From IMG/VR virus record IMGVR_UViG_3300012985_000010, positions 1 to 64,000 of that record: a stretch of DNA of 64,000 nt; one strand, written 5' to 3'. A program made the translations under genes and the position numbers. Positions 1-9,672 of the stretch are shown piece by piece (within the stretch, counting starts at the first letter, position 1; every line of letters begins with the position of its first letter). Under the pieces are notes generated by a model. The model was given only the letters and a program-made list of their open reading frames with translations, was not told where the DNA came from and searched no databases. This stretch comes from a virus.

Positions 1-138
1 ACTTCCAAGGAGTGCGTCGGTACCGTTTGCGTTTCCGTTTACGGCAAGGCCTCCTGATACAGACCAGTTCGTCCTGACATCACAGACAGTAATAGCACTA
101 ACTGCAAAGTCTGCGTTCATGAATTGTGTTGGATACAT
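1..138 (-). CDS. 5' part of a gene running off the window (MYPTQFMNADFAVSAITV...), probably virion-associated
   Basis: ATG overlaps the TAA of the upstream tail-fibre gene (TAATG coupling at 136-140); frame open to the window edge. Confidence 0.6.
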   Translation of the reverse strand, partial: MYPTQFMNADFAVSAITVCDVRTNWSVSGGLAVNGNANGTDALLGS

Positions 139-1571
139 TAGCCGACCGTCCAGTTAATGGTAACGGTTACGTTCGTTGGTGGTGTTCCTCCCACAGAACT
201 TGTTACAGCGATTTGGATTACATCATTGGCGCTACCTGTCAGGCCAAGACCTGTAAAGGACTGGACCAGGGCACCGGCGCTTAGGGCCATTGCGCTTCCC
301 ATGTTGGCTGCCGATCCACCAGAAGGCGTCCTGATGATCTGGAAGTTAATAGGTGAGGCAGACGCGTTTGTGGCACAGGCGACTGAAATGCTGTTGATTG
401 TATACGCCTGGTCGATTGGTAGCCTTGCTGCGTATGTCTTCTGCGCCAGCGTTGCAATACCACCCAGGGTGACCACACTCTTTGCCTTACGAGCATCTGT
501 AAGACGAGAGTCGCTACCCTTTACAACCTGAACGCTAGAAGCGTCACCACTTGGCGGTACGTCTAGTGGAGAGGCCGTACCAAGCGTTGGCTTTGAAAGA
601 AGGTCTGCGTAAAGACCACTGGTTGCAACCGTTGCAAACGTTGGCTTTCCTGTCAGTGAGCCCCAGGTACCATCGAATAGCGTTGGCTTTCCTGTAAGGT
701 CATTGTAAACGCCTGTCGTTGCGACCAGTGCGAACGTTGGCTTGCCGGTCAGAGAGCCCCATGTTCCGTCGAACAATGCTGGCTTTCCTAGAAGGTCGTT
801 GTACTGACCAGTTGAGGCCACTGTAGCAAACGTTGGCTTGCTCGTCAGGTCATTGTACGAACCTGAGAACGCCACTGTTGCTAGCGCCGAGATATTTGCC
901 TTGCCGTCCAGGGCGCTCTGTAGTCCAACAACGTCAGCAATCGCGTGTGTGTGAACCGTGGCAGCCTTACCGTTTAGGAGATTGATAATCGTGGTCGAGA
1001 AGTTCGGGTCAGCGCCAAGGGCGTCTGAGATTTCCTTTAGTGTGTCAAGGACTCCCGGTGCGCCATTGATTAGGGCTGCAAACTTCGCGTCGACCCATGA
1101 CTTACGAGTAAGTTCGTTTCCACCGATTGGGTCTGCTCCATATAGAGGGGCTGCGGTGAAGGTCTTTGTACCGGTGATCGTTTCAGTACCGGCCAAATGG
1201 ACCAGAAGGGCTCCATCTGGGATGGCGGCAAGGGCTGTGTCCAGACCGTTAATCTCTTCGATCTCGTGGTTGTGGACAAGGTTCGCCTTACCATCGAGGC
1301 TACCCTGTAGTCCGGTTACGTCAGAAATGGAATGTGCGTGGTCCAGTGGAGCCTTTGCGTCCAGGGCTGCCTGTAGTCCACTAATACTACCAACGCCGTG
1401 TCCGTGGGAGACCGGCGATGCGCCTACGTCAACGTAGTCAATTTGTACGATGCCGACCTGTCCGTTAACGCTGGAAACACCAGCGGCACCTAGGGTGGCC
1501 GATGGGGTCTGTACTCGAAGGACCGAGTTCGTTTCCTTGATAATTACGCGTACTACGTCAGGAGCAGCCAC
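138..1571 (-). CDS. Tail fibre-like protein with internal repeats
   Basis: HxHxIxDVxGLQxALDxKA phage-tail repeats, 'APGVLDTLKEISDALGADPNF' fibre motif, ATVAxSGxYxDLxGKP repeats. Confidence 0.8.
   Translation of the reverse strand: MAAPDVVRVIIKETNSVLRVQTPSATLGAAGVSSVNGQVGIVQIDYVDVGASPVSHGHGVGSISGLQAALDAKAPLDHAHSISDVTGLQGSLDGKANLVHNHEIEEINGLDTALAAIPDGALLVHLAGTETITGTKTFTAAPLYGADPIGGNELTRKSWVDAKFAALINGAPGVLDTLKEISDALGADPNFSTTIINLLNGKAATVHTHAIADVVGLQSALDGKANISALATVAFSGSYNDLTSKPTFATVASTGQYNDLLGKPALFDGTWGSLTGKPTFALVATTGVYNDLTGKPTLFDGTWGSLTGKPTFATVATSGLYADLLSKPTLGTASPLDVPPSGDASSVQVVKGSDSRLTDARKAKSVVTLGGIATLAQKTYAARLPIDQAYTINSISVACATNASASPINFQIIRTPSGGSAANMGSAMALSAGALVQSFTGLGLTGSANDVIQIAVTSSVGGTPPTNVTVTINWTVG
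585..890 (-). repeat. Tandem coding repeats (ATVAxxGxYNDLxxKP and LFDGTWGSLTGKP units) in the tail-fibre gene
   Basis: Repeat units visible in the translation; GTTGGCTT recurs in the DNA; boundaries approximate. Confidence 0.75.
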
Positions 1572-1916
1572 TTAGACAGTTACACCCTTTCTCAGGGCCA
1601 CGGTACCATAGATAATCGTGTCCAGTTCATTTGTAGGCCATGTGATGACAACGTCGTATTCTCCACGACTGAATGTCCAGTTAGCGGTCTCGGTCTCGGG
1701 GATGTAAACAGACCAAACGCCATTAGCGGCATCCAGCGTAAAGCCGTTGCCGTTCGTCCATGTTCCATAAAGAGTGCTTCCACCCTGCTTATTCCTGATC
1801 TGCATTTTGAACTGGCAGCCGGTCAGGTCCTTAGGTAGACCTTCCTCATCGAGCCACTGGCTTTCAAGCCTGAACCCGACATTCTGCCTGATCTCGATGT
1901 CCTTCCTTACGGCCAT
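1572..1916 (-). CDS. Hypothetical virion-associated protein (beta-sandwich type common upstream of phage fibres)
   Basis: 114-aa ORF with GGAGG RBS; 'DLTGC..KMQIR' and 'G.YD' motifs. Confidence 0.6.
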   Translation of the reverse strand: MAVRKDIEIRQNVGFRLESQWLDEEGLPKDLTGCQFKMQIRNKQGGSTLYGTWTNGNGFTLDAANGVWSVYIPETETANWTFSRGEYDVVITWPTNELDTIIYGTVALRKGVTV

Positions 1917-1971
1917 TGAGCCCTCCAGTTTCTAAGTATACCAACATTATACCCACGGATCATCCAAAAGG

Positions 1972-3786
1972 CTAAATTACGAAAGGCTTGAAGTATTCTT
2001 GGAGTGAGTCGGGCATTTCGGCCTTTGGTGCGTCAGTAACCTTGCCTGGTCGGGTATCCTCTGACCGGGCCTTGTCACGAGAGTCCATTTGAGTAGCCTT
2101 GTACGACCAGACCTTGATTTCACCGTTGTAATCCTTAGGGGTGAGAGCGATGGCATTGTAAATGGCCCCACAGGCTGCGTCGGAAAGGTCCTTTCCACCG
2201 GAACGAGGGTGGTCGACCTTATCCCTGATGATTTGCAGTCGCAGCAACTCGTCAATTAGAATCTTGATCATGGGACCATTGACCCTTTCTTCGTTTACAG
2301 CAATCTGGAAATCGTCGTAATGCTTCTTGGCTACAGACAGAATCTCTGTTGAAATGCCGTACTGCTCTAGTTCACCCATGATCTGGTGAGAGTTCCAGCG
2401 GTCGAACGTGGCCTTTGCAATGCGGAAGCCACGACGCTTCAATTCAATGATGTAGTCTCGTACGTCATCGAATTCGACAGACTTATCTGATGTGGGGGTC
2501 CACCATCTAACGGCATCGACCTGAATAATTGGCTGGTAGGAACTGATACCTCCGTACTGGACGTTTACCCATTCGCTGACGTGAGCGAGCGCGACGGCAC
2601 AGCGGTCGTGCTTCTGGGCAAGGTCGACGTGAATGAAGTAAGGCGTGTCATCGTCCACAGGCTTAAAGTCCTTGTGGAAGACACCTCCGGCATCAACCAT
2701 GAGCGGCATAAGCCTGAAGGCATTTTCTACCTTTTCTCGTGACTTGAAGAAGGCGTCTACGGCCTCGGGTGGCATACATGCGAAACGAGACAGAGAGTCA
2801 ATTGGATCGTTCATGAAAGCGATCTTGAAGTCTTCGATCTGTCTGGTTGGGTTGACCTCCCAGGTAGGACGCTTTAGTGCGAATACGCCAGGGTACTCGT
2901 ACGCAATGATATCGTCCTCTTCCCACTTAATGGTGAACGTGTTGTTAGGCTCGTTCTCATCCAGAAGGGGGTTAATGATGAATGTGTGCTCGCGGATATG
3001 AGTGACCTTCTCAGCGATTACCGCCTCGTACCTTTCGGTAATGAAGTCACCCTTGAAACGAGGGAAGGACAGTAGGAGTAGTTTTCCTACGTCGGGGAAT
3101 CGTGAGTCTACCGAGGCGCGGTACATCTTGTAGATGGCGTCAGCGGTCTTGGCCTGGTCGTTACCGCTCGTGGACTCCATAGCGAAACCGGAGATTTCGT
3201 CGAGGATGACCAGGATAACGTTATATCCTTCCCAGGACTCACGCTGGGAGTGACCGGAGTGGACTGTGATGGCGTTGTCAAATTTAACAGCGTCCGAGGT
3301 GTTGGTGTACTTACCCAGGAACCACGGACTGTTTTCGATACGGCTGAGGAATCCCTTGAAGAAAACGTTCTTGGCCTGCTGGGAGTTGATAGCAATGTTG
3401 ATAATGTCAATTGCGTCTCCCGCTGGCTTACCGAAATACTTAGCAGGGTCCTTCAAGCAAAGGAGTAGGTACACAAGATATGCACAGGCGACGGTTGAGG
3501 AGAAGTCCTTACCGGACCCCTTTCCAAGCATCATGATAACCTCGTTGACCGTGGTATTCCAACGCTCAGTACCCTTTTCCTCACCGTACAACTTGATCAG
3601 GGTATGCTTCTTGTAAATCTGAGTAGCAGCACGAATGATCTGGTACTGGTATTCAGACAGAGGAACGGAGCCTAGGTACTTATCGGAGGTAACGAACTCC
3701 TCAACGTCTACCGGCATTTCCTCGAACTCTGACTCATCGAACATTTCGAAGAAGTCATCGAAGTTCAGATTACTGGTGCTATCCAA
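1972..3786 (-). CDS. terL: Terminase large subunit
   Basis: Walker A 'GKGSGKD', Walker B 'VILDE', C-terminal nuclease 'HVDLA...DH...KDLSDA'. Confidence 0.92.
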   Translation of the reverse strand: MDSTSNLNFDDFFEMFDESEFEEMPVDVEEFVTSDKYLGSVPLSEYQYQIIRAATQIYKKHTLIKLYGEEKGTERWNTTVNEVIMMLGKGSGKDFSSTVACAYLVYLLLCLKDPAKYFGKPAGDAIDIINIAINSQQAKNVFFKGFLSRIENSPWFLGKYTNTSDAVKFDNAITVHSGHSQRESWEGYNVILVILDEISGFAMESTSGNDQAKTADAIYKMYRASVDSRFPDVGKLLLLSFPRFKGDFITERYEAVIAEKVTHIREHTFIINPLLDENEPNNTFTIKWEEDDIIAYEYPGVFALKRPTWEVNPTRQIEDFKIAFMNDPIDSLSRFACMPPEAVDAFFKSREKVENAFRLMPLMVDAGGVFHKDFKPVDDDTPYFIHVDLAQKHDRCAVALAHVSEWVNVQYGGISSYQPIIQVDAVRWWTPTSDKSVEFDDVRDYIIELKRRGFRIAKATFDRWNSHQIMGELEQYGISTEILSVAKKHYDDFQIAVNEERVNGPMIKILIDELLRLQIIRDKVDHPRSGGKDLSDAACGAIYNAIALTPKDYNGEIKVWSYKATQMDSRDKARSEDTRPGKVTDAPKAEMPDSLQEYFKPFVI

Positions 3787-4294
3787 TGGTCTCTACATTG
3801 CCACTGAACTTGGCAAGTTCCTTTGCTGCCGCTGCCCTGCAATTAGGACAAACTATATTTCTAATGATGTTGGCTAGGATTTCCTGCTTGCGCTCGGTCT
3901 CTAGCATCTGCTGGGCGAGTTCAGCGTTTTCCAGCATTCCGGCCTTGTGGAGCATATCTACTCTGCGTGTCTCTGAGTCCATAGCCAGTTTCAAGGCTCC
4001 TGTCTGACCCTTTAGGTCACCGTCATTACCGGCCTTCTCTGCAATCTCCCATGCCTCCTGCTTAATCAGGGCGTAGTGATTGTCAGCCTCGAATACAGCG
4101 TCCTGGGCCTTTAGGGCAGCGTAATCTCCGTGGGACAATGATGTCTTCCACGATTCGATATACTCCTTGGTTGTAGCGTATGGGAGTTCCATTTCCTTCG
4201 AGATACGCCTAAGGCTTTGCCCCTTTAGGTACCTCGTACCAACATCGGCCATGACTGCTACCGACGCTGAGATTGGCTCTAACTCAGTTGACAC
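3779..4294 (-). CDS. Probable terminase small subunit / HTH protein
   Basis: N-terminal HTH-like 'GQSLRRISKEMELP', helical body, CxxC; directly upstream of and overlapping terL. Confidence 0.55.
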   Translation of the reverse strand: MSTELEPISASVAVMADVGTRYLKGQSLRRISKEMELPYATTKEYIESWKTSLSHGDYAALKAQDAVFEADNHYALIKQEAWEIAEKAGNDGDLKGQTGALKLAMDSETRRVDMLHKAGMLENAELAQQMLETERKQEILANIIRNIVCPNCRAAAAKELAKFSGNVETIG

Positions 4295-4592
4295 GCTTTC
4301 GTCTACTCCTCTTTGGCCTTACAACAGCGGAGACTCGATCCACATAGAACGACCTGCAAAAGCCGGTGTCCGTCATGCAATCTACCCACTGCTTGTTCAG
4401 CGACAGGTTATGAACTAGGCACTTGAATACAAACTGCCCTCGAACGTTCTTTATCTTGATTTTGTCGCCTGGCTTAATTATATCAGACTTGAAAGGCATT
4501 TCATAGTACAAGACGATCTGGGACTGCGAAGCACTGTAAGGGTCGGCCTTCTCACCCTTAAACGCCTTGCGCTTTGTCATCCCTGCTGCCAT
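4284..4592 (-). CDS. Hypothetical protein
   Basis: ORF coupled by TAATG overlap; SH3-like beta-rich sequence. Confidence 0.65.
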   Translation of the reverse strand: MAAGMTKRKAFKGEKADPYSASQSQIVLYYEMPFKSDIIKPGDKIKIKNVRGQFVFKCLVHNLSLNKQWVDCMTDTGFCRSFYVDRVSAVVRPKRSRRKRVN

Positions 4593-4762
4593 TACGAATA
4601 CTTCCGTCCTGTAGTCGGACTCCATACGAGTCCGGGTGCCTTAATTACTCTGATCCTGTTTGCTCCGCAGTCGCATTCAACCGGGTCATCAATCTCGGAA
4701 AACTTCCTGATGATGTCACCCTCTTCATTGCACTCGGGGCACTTGTAGTTATAGATAGGCAT
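4592..4762 (-). CDS. FmdB-family zinc-ribbon protein
   Basis: 'MPIYNYKCPEC...CDCG...RVI.APG' signature. Confidence 0.8.
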   Translation of the reverse strand: MPIYNYKCPECNEEGDIIRKFSEIDDPVECDCGANRIRVIKAPGLVWSPTTGRKYS

Positions 4763-5309
4763 TGAACCATTCCACCCTTTCTTCAACCGATCCAGCAGGG
4801 ACCTCTCGGGCCCAAGGGCAGATACGCTTGACGTAATGTCTTACCAAATTGTCGACCTCTGTCTGATACTGTACGTCGGTGTCTCGAATACCGTCGTCTT
4901 CCAGCCCAATAATTGGGGGGAAGTACAGTAGCCTATCATACTTACGAATCCTCTGACGTACCAAGTCCTCTGTGATCTGCTGGTACAACTCGTCTACCGG
5001 CGCTGGGCTCCAAACGTGGCGGCGCTGGTATTCGTTGTAGGCCAGACTGTCCAGGGGCGTACGATCCGTGATGACATTCCTGTACTGCTCCAACGCCGTG
5101 TCCTCGGCAACAGCCCTGCCGAATAGCGTGAGCATTTGAGAGAGCCTGTCAGCACCCTGATTCAGGTCAAGGCCAGCAGCCCAGACCTTACGGCTAATAC
5201 TTGACACGGCATGGAAGCCACTGTGACATCCTTCCTTCTGTGCCTCAACAAAGGCGTTTACAAAGGTGGTCTTGCCCGTGCTGTGCGAGCCGATACATCC
5301 GATAAGCAT
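4749..5309 (-). CDS. P-loop nucleotide kinase-like / AAA_28-type ATPase
   Basis: 'GSHSTGKTT' P-loop, 'ITDRTPLDSLAY' motif; start at TAATG overlap. Confidence 0.8.
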   Translation of the reverse strand: MLIGCIGSHSTGKTTFVNAFVEAQKEGCHSGFHAVSSISRKVWAAGLDLNQGADRLSQMLTLFGRAVAEDTALEQYRNVITDRTPLDSLAYNEYQRRHVWSPAPVDELYQQITEDLVRQRIRKYDRLLYFPPIIGLEDDGIRDTDVQYQTEVDNLVRHYVKRICPWAREVPAGSVEERVEWFNAYL

Positions 5310-5989
5310 TAGTATTTCTCCGTATTGTGAATAGTAGTTGGGCTGTCCCAATCGTAATTTACTGGCAGGTAGTTCTGGTGCGAGGTTGCAAATGCGTCGA
5401 TCCACACATTGTTTGCGAGGTCCATGACGAAAATGTCAATCGGTCCAGAGATACCGTACTTCTCAGTGTACCCTAGAATCTTTCTTGCGCCTTCTGGCGT
5501 ATACATGATAGTCACGAAGCAGTAGGACTGGTAGTTTCTAACCACGACATTGTTTTGCTCGATACCGGCGTACGCCATTGGTGAGTTAGGGAACTGACAA
5601 TCGTGTGGCGTGTAAAGGGAAACTAGGTCCCATTCCTCAGGCAGGTACTTCATAATCAGTTCCATGTTCTCATCGAACTGTGGACGGATGATTGCGTCGT
5701 CCTCGAACACGATGACCGGCTCTGACTGCTCAGAGATAGCACGGTAGGCTCGGAGGTTGGACAACCAAACGCCCAACTCACCCTTCTTCATCATGTAAGC
5801 CCAATTGTAGAACAGGGGGTGCCCGTTCTCGAAAACCTCAGGGAATTCTGCACGGGCCTCTAAGACCTGTGCCTCGTCGCTACCATTAACGCAGTCAATG
5901 ACGATCTCGTTGTCTGGACCTAGGGTATTCCTAATCAGGTCCTTCTGCCAGGCACGGTCATCATTGATGCTGATGATTATGTACTTCAC
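5309..5989 (-). CDS. Glycosyltransferase family 25-like
   Basis: 'KYIIISI..DR', 'KGELGVWLS', 'IVFEDDA', 'TPEGARK', 'PID' GT25 motifs. Confidence 0.85.
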   Translation of the reverse strand: MKYIIISINDDRAWQKDLIRNTLGPDNEIVIDCVNGSDEAQVLEARAEFPEVFENGHPLFYNWAYMMKKGELGVWLSNLRAYRAISEQSEPVIVFEDDAIIRPQFDENMELIMKYLPEEWDLVSLYTPHDCQFPNSPMAYAGIEQNNVVVRNYQSYCFVTIMYTPEGARKILGYTEKYGISGPIDIFVMDLANNVWIDAFATSHQNYLPVNYDWDSPTTIHNTEKY

Positions 5990-6129
5990 TTTCGGATCAG
6001 TCCAAACTTTTCAAGCCAGATGTAGACCTGGCGCTGAGAGCACTTCGCCTCCTTGGCGATCTCAGCAGGAGACTTCTTCTTCTTTAGGTACCGGTCTCGC
6101 ATCCAGGCCTCGTTCTTTTCTAGGCTCAC
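5986..6129 (-). CDS. Small HTH DNA-binding protein, 47 aa (MSLEKNEAWMRDRYLKKKKSPAEIAKEAKCSQRQVYIWLEKFGL..), not in the ORF track
   Basis: Translated by hand; GTGA overlaps with both neighbours; HTH pattern 'SPAEIAKEAKCSQRQVYIWL'. Confidence 0.75.
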   Translation of the reverse strand: MSLEKNEAWMRDRYLKKKKSPAEIAKEAKCSQRQVYIWLEKFGLIRK

Positions 6130-6695
6130 TTTGTCCTCGTCAGTTTGTTTACTGCGTAGAAGGCAAGCCCGAAGGCGTCACCGACGTTATCGTCATCAAG
6201 TTCCAGGTCGTACCTGTCGTTGAAGTAATCCAGCGTCCGCTGCTTGCGGATCAGCCTTCTCTTATTACTGTACCATGAAGCGGACTTCCCTGGGTTATCC
6301 TTAATCAGGGCATCCTTCTCCACCTTGCTGAAATTCTTGTTGCCAATGAAGTTCTGCCACTGCTGCGGGGTAACAGCAATAACCTTGGTATCCTCAGTCA
6401 TCAGGGCAGCCATCGTGGCACCATATACATAGGCCAACTTGATAGCAGCATCGGGACTGTTTACGAACACGGCTGACTCGATAGCCACATAGTCCGGGTC
6501 CATAGCGTCTAGGATTGCCTCAGTCTTTTCCTTAGCGTCACGAATTCTCTCATAGATGTCGGCTCCGTTGAGGTTGTAGATGCCCCACTGAAAAGGCTGA
6601 CCGTCTCTGAAAAGACAGTACGCGATGGCCTTAGTGGATGCGTCGATCCCCAAAACATCTGTTGCTTCGGTCTTCGTGATCTTAGATAGCGCCAA
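6126..6695 (-). CDS. RuvC-like Holliday junction resolvase
   Basis: 'VLGIDAST', 'VAIES', 'DDNVGDAFGLA' RNase H-fold acidic residues. Confidence 0.85.
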   Translation of the reverse strand: MALSKITKTEATDVLGIDASTKAIAYCLFRDGQPFQWGIYNLNGADIYERIRDAKEKTEAILDAMDPDYVAIESAVFVNSPDAAIKLAYVYGATMAALMTEDTKVIAVTPQQWQNFIGNKNFSKVEKDALIKDNPGKSASWYSNKRRLIRKQRTLDYFNDRYDLELDDDNVGDAFGLAFYAVNKLTRTK

Positions 6696-6975
6696 GGAGG
6701 TACCCCTTTACGTTTTCTGCTACCTGCTTCTTTGTAGGACCGGAGCACTTGTTGCAGTAATCCGCTCCGTTGTATCTGGACAACTTAACTCCACAACTGC
6801 CACAGGCCCGCTCCTTTCCTTGGAGACGGGCCTGCTTGGCGTAGTAGTTAGCCATGATATTTGCATTGGTAGCAATGCGGCAGCATTCGGAAGAGCAATA
6901 CTTCTGATTATGCTTGCGCTTAGTAAACTGGTTAGTACAATCCTGACGGGCACACGTTATAATTTCGGAAGTCAC
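6682..6975 (-). CDS. Cys-rich zinc-binding hypothetical protein
   Basis: Several CxxC motifs: 'QKYCSSECC', 'CGSCGVKLSRYN'. Confidence 0.7.
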   Translation of the reverse strand: MTSEIITCARQDCTNQFTKRKHNQKYCSSECCRIATNANIMANYYAKQARLQGKERACGSCGVKLSRYNGADYCNKCSGPTKKQVAENVKGYLLGAI

Positions 6976-7730
6976 TTTCTCACCTCCAATGGGAGGAGGG
7001 TGACTTCACCTTCACGCCACTTATCGTAACACGGGCGTTGTACCGGACAGTTCTTACATTCTTTCGACTTACGACTTGGGAACGGCCTGTTGGGAATTGT
7101 TTCCCCATCATATGCCGCCCTGACCTCTCTCATCCAGGTGAATAGGTAATCGGCGTACTCTGCGTAATCCGACAACTTCACCTCGACTGGCAGTAGTTCC
7201 TGAGTGTTCTTGTTCTCGTAGAGAACGATTCCCTTGTCAATACCAAGGGCCTTTAGGTACATGAGAATCTGGACTAGGTGGTACGGGGTCACGTTCTTGT
7301 TAGTCTTCCTAAACAAGAAGACCTCCTGTGCGGCGGTCTTGTATTCTCCTACCACCTTTTCACCGGCCCAATCAATGATGAAATCAACAAACCCCCTGAT
7401 TGGGGGGTCTACGAACTTGATTTCCTTTTCGATCTCTACCGGGTGTCCCAACTTCTGGACGATCTCTTCAATCTTGCCGTGGGAGATTGTGCCGTGATGC
7501 ATCTTTGCGACTGCACCGGAGTCGATGTCCTCTTCGAATACTTCACCGCTAAAAGCGATATACCAGTAGCGAGGGCAGGTACCGTGGCTATAGCCTAGCG
7601 AACTAGGGGAAAACGTCTTCTTCTGAGTGAACCCATTGGGTCGCCTCATTCCTAGATACGCTTCGTCAACAGCGGCTACAAAGCCTTTGAGTGTAAACTC
7701 AGGGGTCTCCTGAGTATCTGTGGTTTCCAT
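6972..7730 (-). CDS. Cas4-like PD-(D/E)xK exonuclease
   Basis: CPR...D-x-EYK motif, 'QILMY', C-terminal CxxCxxxxxC Fe-S cluster. Confidence 0.85.
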   Translation of the reverse strand: METTDTQETPEFTLKGFVAAVDEAYLGMRRPNGFTQKKTFSPSSLGYSHGTCPRYWYIAFSGEVFEEDIDSGAVAKMHHGTISHGKIEEIVQKLGHPVEIEKEIKFVDPPIRGFVDFIIDWAGEKVVGEYKTAAQEVFLFRKTNKNVTPYHLVQILMYLKALGIDKGIVLYENKNTQELLPVEVKLSDYAEYADYLFTWMREVRAAYDGETIPNRPFPSRKSKECKNCPVQRPCYDKWREGEVTLLPLEVRK

Positions 7731-7734
7731 TACC

Positions 7735-8064
7735 CTAATTATACCTTACCAAATACTTTAGTGCATCGACTAGTTTGTCAATATTCTCCCGTGCGGAGTA
7801 GTAAACGTTCTTCTTTTTGTAGTTCTCGGTCCCTGCCGCGCCCTTTTGGAGCGTGGTGTAATACTGGGACAGGAGCCCCATCTTAGCCGAAATGGCCTGT
7901 AGCCTGACGATCAGGATGGGGGCCTTTACTGACAAATGGTCAGCGTTGATGATCAAGTCCACGATAGCCGCTAGGGCCTTGTCCAGATCCTCGTCCTGCA
8001 TGAATTCGGAAATGTCGTTAAACTCGGTTACCTTGCTGATTAGTTCAGCCGTTGTCTCTGACAT
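7735..8064 (-). CDS. Hypothetical helical protein in the recombination operon
   Basis: 109-aa ORF, tightly packed in operon. Confidence 0.7.
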   Translation of the reverse strand: MSETTAELISKVTEFNDISEFMQDEDLDKALAAIVDLIINADHLSVKAPILIVRLQAISAKMGLLSQYYTTLQKGAAGTENYKKKNVYYSARENIDKLVDALKYLVRYN

Positions 8065-8347
8065 CTGTCAGTTCCTCCAATACTTCCCACTCGATAATAG
8101 CGAGTCGGATTTTCTTTCCGCCAGCCTCCATGATCACCTTTAGGACCGGAGAGGTGCTGCGGTCGGTACGCATAGCGTCCGTACATACCTTCGCCCACAT
8201 TTCAGGGGTAATTCGGATACCCTTGGGGTACTCCTTATAGTCTACCAGAAATCCGCGCCACTTGGCGTCGCCCTTCTCATAGTCCCCTCGACCTGAGTTT
8301 TTCTGCAAGGAGGCACCGTCCATCTTGGCCTCGCCGCGCTCAGACAT
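8045..8347 (-). CDS. PD-(D/E)xK nuclease / Holliday junction resolvase-like
   Basis: 'NSGRG..KGDA....LVDYKE' motif. Confidence 0.7.
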   Translation of the reverse strand: MSERGEAKMDGASLQKNSGRGDYEKGDAKWRGFLVDYKEYPKGIRITPEMWAKVCTDAMRTDRSTSPVLKVIMEAGGKKIRLAIIEWEVLEELTDVRDNG

Positions 8348-8516
8348 CGAAATTCCACCTTACCTTAGTCTCGTGCGTTTTAGAGCACTTTAGGATTAGG
8401 AAGCCCTCTTTGACGTGCCCCGAAGTGATCTCTTCGTCGCACTCAGCGCAGCGTCCATTAACAGCAATAGCGTCTTCATCTTTACCCTCTCCGAGGAATT
8501 CCTTAAATCTTTTCAT
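8340..8516 (-). CDS. Small zinc-ribbon protein, 58 aa (MKRFKEFLGEGKDEDAIAVNGRCAECDEE...CSKTHETKVRWNFDV), not in the ORF track
   Basis: Translated by hand; fills the gap between recA and the resolvase; CxxC...CxxxH. Confidence 0.65.
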   Translation of the reverse strand: MKRFKEFLGEGKDEDAIAVNGRCAECDEEITSGHVKEGFLILKCSKTHETKVRWNFDV

Positions 8517-9504
8517 ACAGGGTCTTCCTGTACTCCTCGATTAGATCAGGGTTCTCTCTAAGGTGCTTGATGACCTTAGTCTTACCCTGCATCTTCTCGT
8601 CACCAACGACGTACCATGTACCGGACTTTTCGATGACACCGTATTCTTCACAGGTATCTACTAGGTCGGCAAGAGTGTCAATGCCAACATGGTCCCCGTC
8701 AAAGTAGAAGTCGTAACTTCCGCCTACGAACTGTGGACCCGTCTTGTTGTAATCTACGGTCCAATCGACACCGCGCCCGACCCTACGCTTTACAACGCGG
8801 TCACCTAGCGTAACGTCGTCGTAGATACAGTTCTTGTCAGACTCGCTCGACCACAACTTTACAATCGTGGTGGAGAAGAACTTGACAGCCATACCTCCGG
8901 TTGGGATATGCGTAGCGTGCATTGAACCAAACGAGTTCCTCTGCTGAGAGATCAGCACGAGCATCGTGTTCTGGTTTGCGAAGTTCAGCATCTTTACTGC
9001 GTGAGTCATATCCTTTGCCTCGGCACCAATCTGCTTTGTGTCCTGCAACTGCTTCAACTCTTCGCTGTCCTTCTCGAAGTAGATGGCAGGTAGCAGGGCT
9101 GAGATTGAGTCCACAACAATTAGATCGACACCGGCAGCCATTAGGTCGGTACCAACGTCAACCATCTGGTTAATCGTCCTAGTGTCAGCAACAATCAACT
9201 GATCAACGTCGACACCGAGCCTAGTGGCCCACTCCGGGTCGAACGTTTCCTCTGCGTCCAAGAACGCACAGGTCTTTCCTGCCTTTTGAGCAATGGCGAT
9301 CATCTGTAGAGCGAATGCCGTCTTACCGGCAGACTTGTTGCCCCACAACAGAATCTGGCGACCGAAAGCGAACCCTCCGCGCAGAGCAGCCGTTAGGCTA
9401 ATGCTTGGCGTTGGGAGTTTTTCGATCTTTACTGCGGACGCTTCTAGCACCCTTTTTCTTGTCTTTGGGTCCAGAGCGCCCAGAATTTCTGAAATGTCCT
9501 TCAT
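8503..9504 (-). CDS. recA: RecA-like recombinase
   Basis: 'GNKSAGKT' Walker A, 'FLDAE', 'IVVDSISAL', 'TGGMAVKFF'. Confidence 0.92.
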   Translation of the reverse strand: MKDISEILGALDPKTRKRVLEASAVKIEKLPTPSISLTAALRGGFAFGRQILLWGNKSAGKTAFALQMIAIAQKAGKTCAFLDAEETFDPEWATRLGVDVDQLIVADTRTINQMVDVGTDLMAAGVDLIVVDSISALLPAIYFEKDSEELKQLQDTKQIGAEAKDMTHAVKMLNFANQNTMLVLISQQRNSFGSMHATHIPTGGMAVKFFSTTIVKLWSSESDKNCIYDDVTLGDRVVKRRVGRGVDWTVDYNKTGPQFVGGSYDFYFDGDHVGIDTLADLVDTCEEYGVIEKSGTWYVVGDEKMQGKTKVIKHLRENPDLIEEYRKTLYEKI

Positions 9505-9658
9505 TCATATCCTGTTCTAATTTAGCCGCCAACTCCTTTAGGGTCTTATCCCGTGAAGCAGCCAGCCGTTTAATAACAGACGCGATTTCTTCCTCATCAT
9601 ATGATCGCAGGACAAGGAGATATTCGCCTGTGACGCCCTGCATCATGTATCCGTTCAT
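9398..9658 (-). CDS. Hypothetical protein, probably leaderless
   Basis: ATG 5 nt downstream of TGCTATAAT; 3' end overlaps recA. Confidence 0.5.
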   Translation of the reverse strand: MNGYMMQGVTGEYLLVLRSYDEEEIASVIKRLAASRDKTLKELAAKLEQDMNEGHFRNSGRSGPKDKKKGARSVRSKDRKTPNAKH

Positions 9659-9672
9659 ACCTAATTATAGCA

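Noticed and set aside
6972-7730. Cas4-like gene as part of a CRISPR-Cas system
   Set aside because: No cas1, cas2 or array; solo Cas4-like nucleases are common in phage recombination operons.
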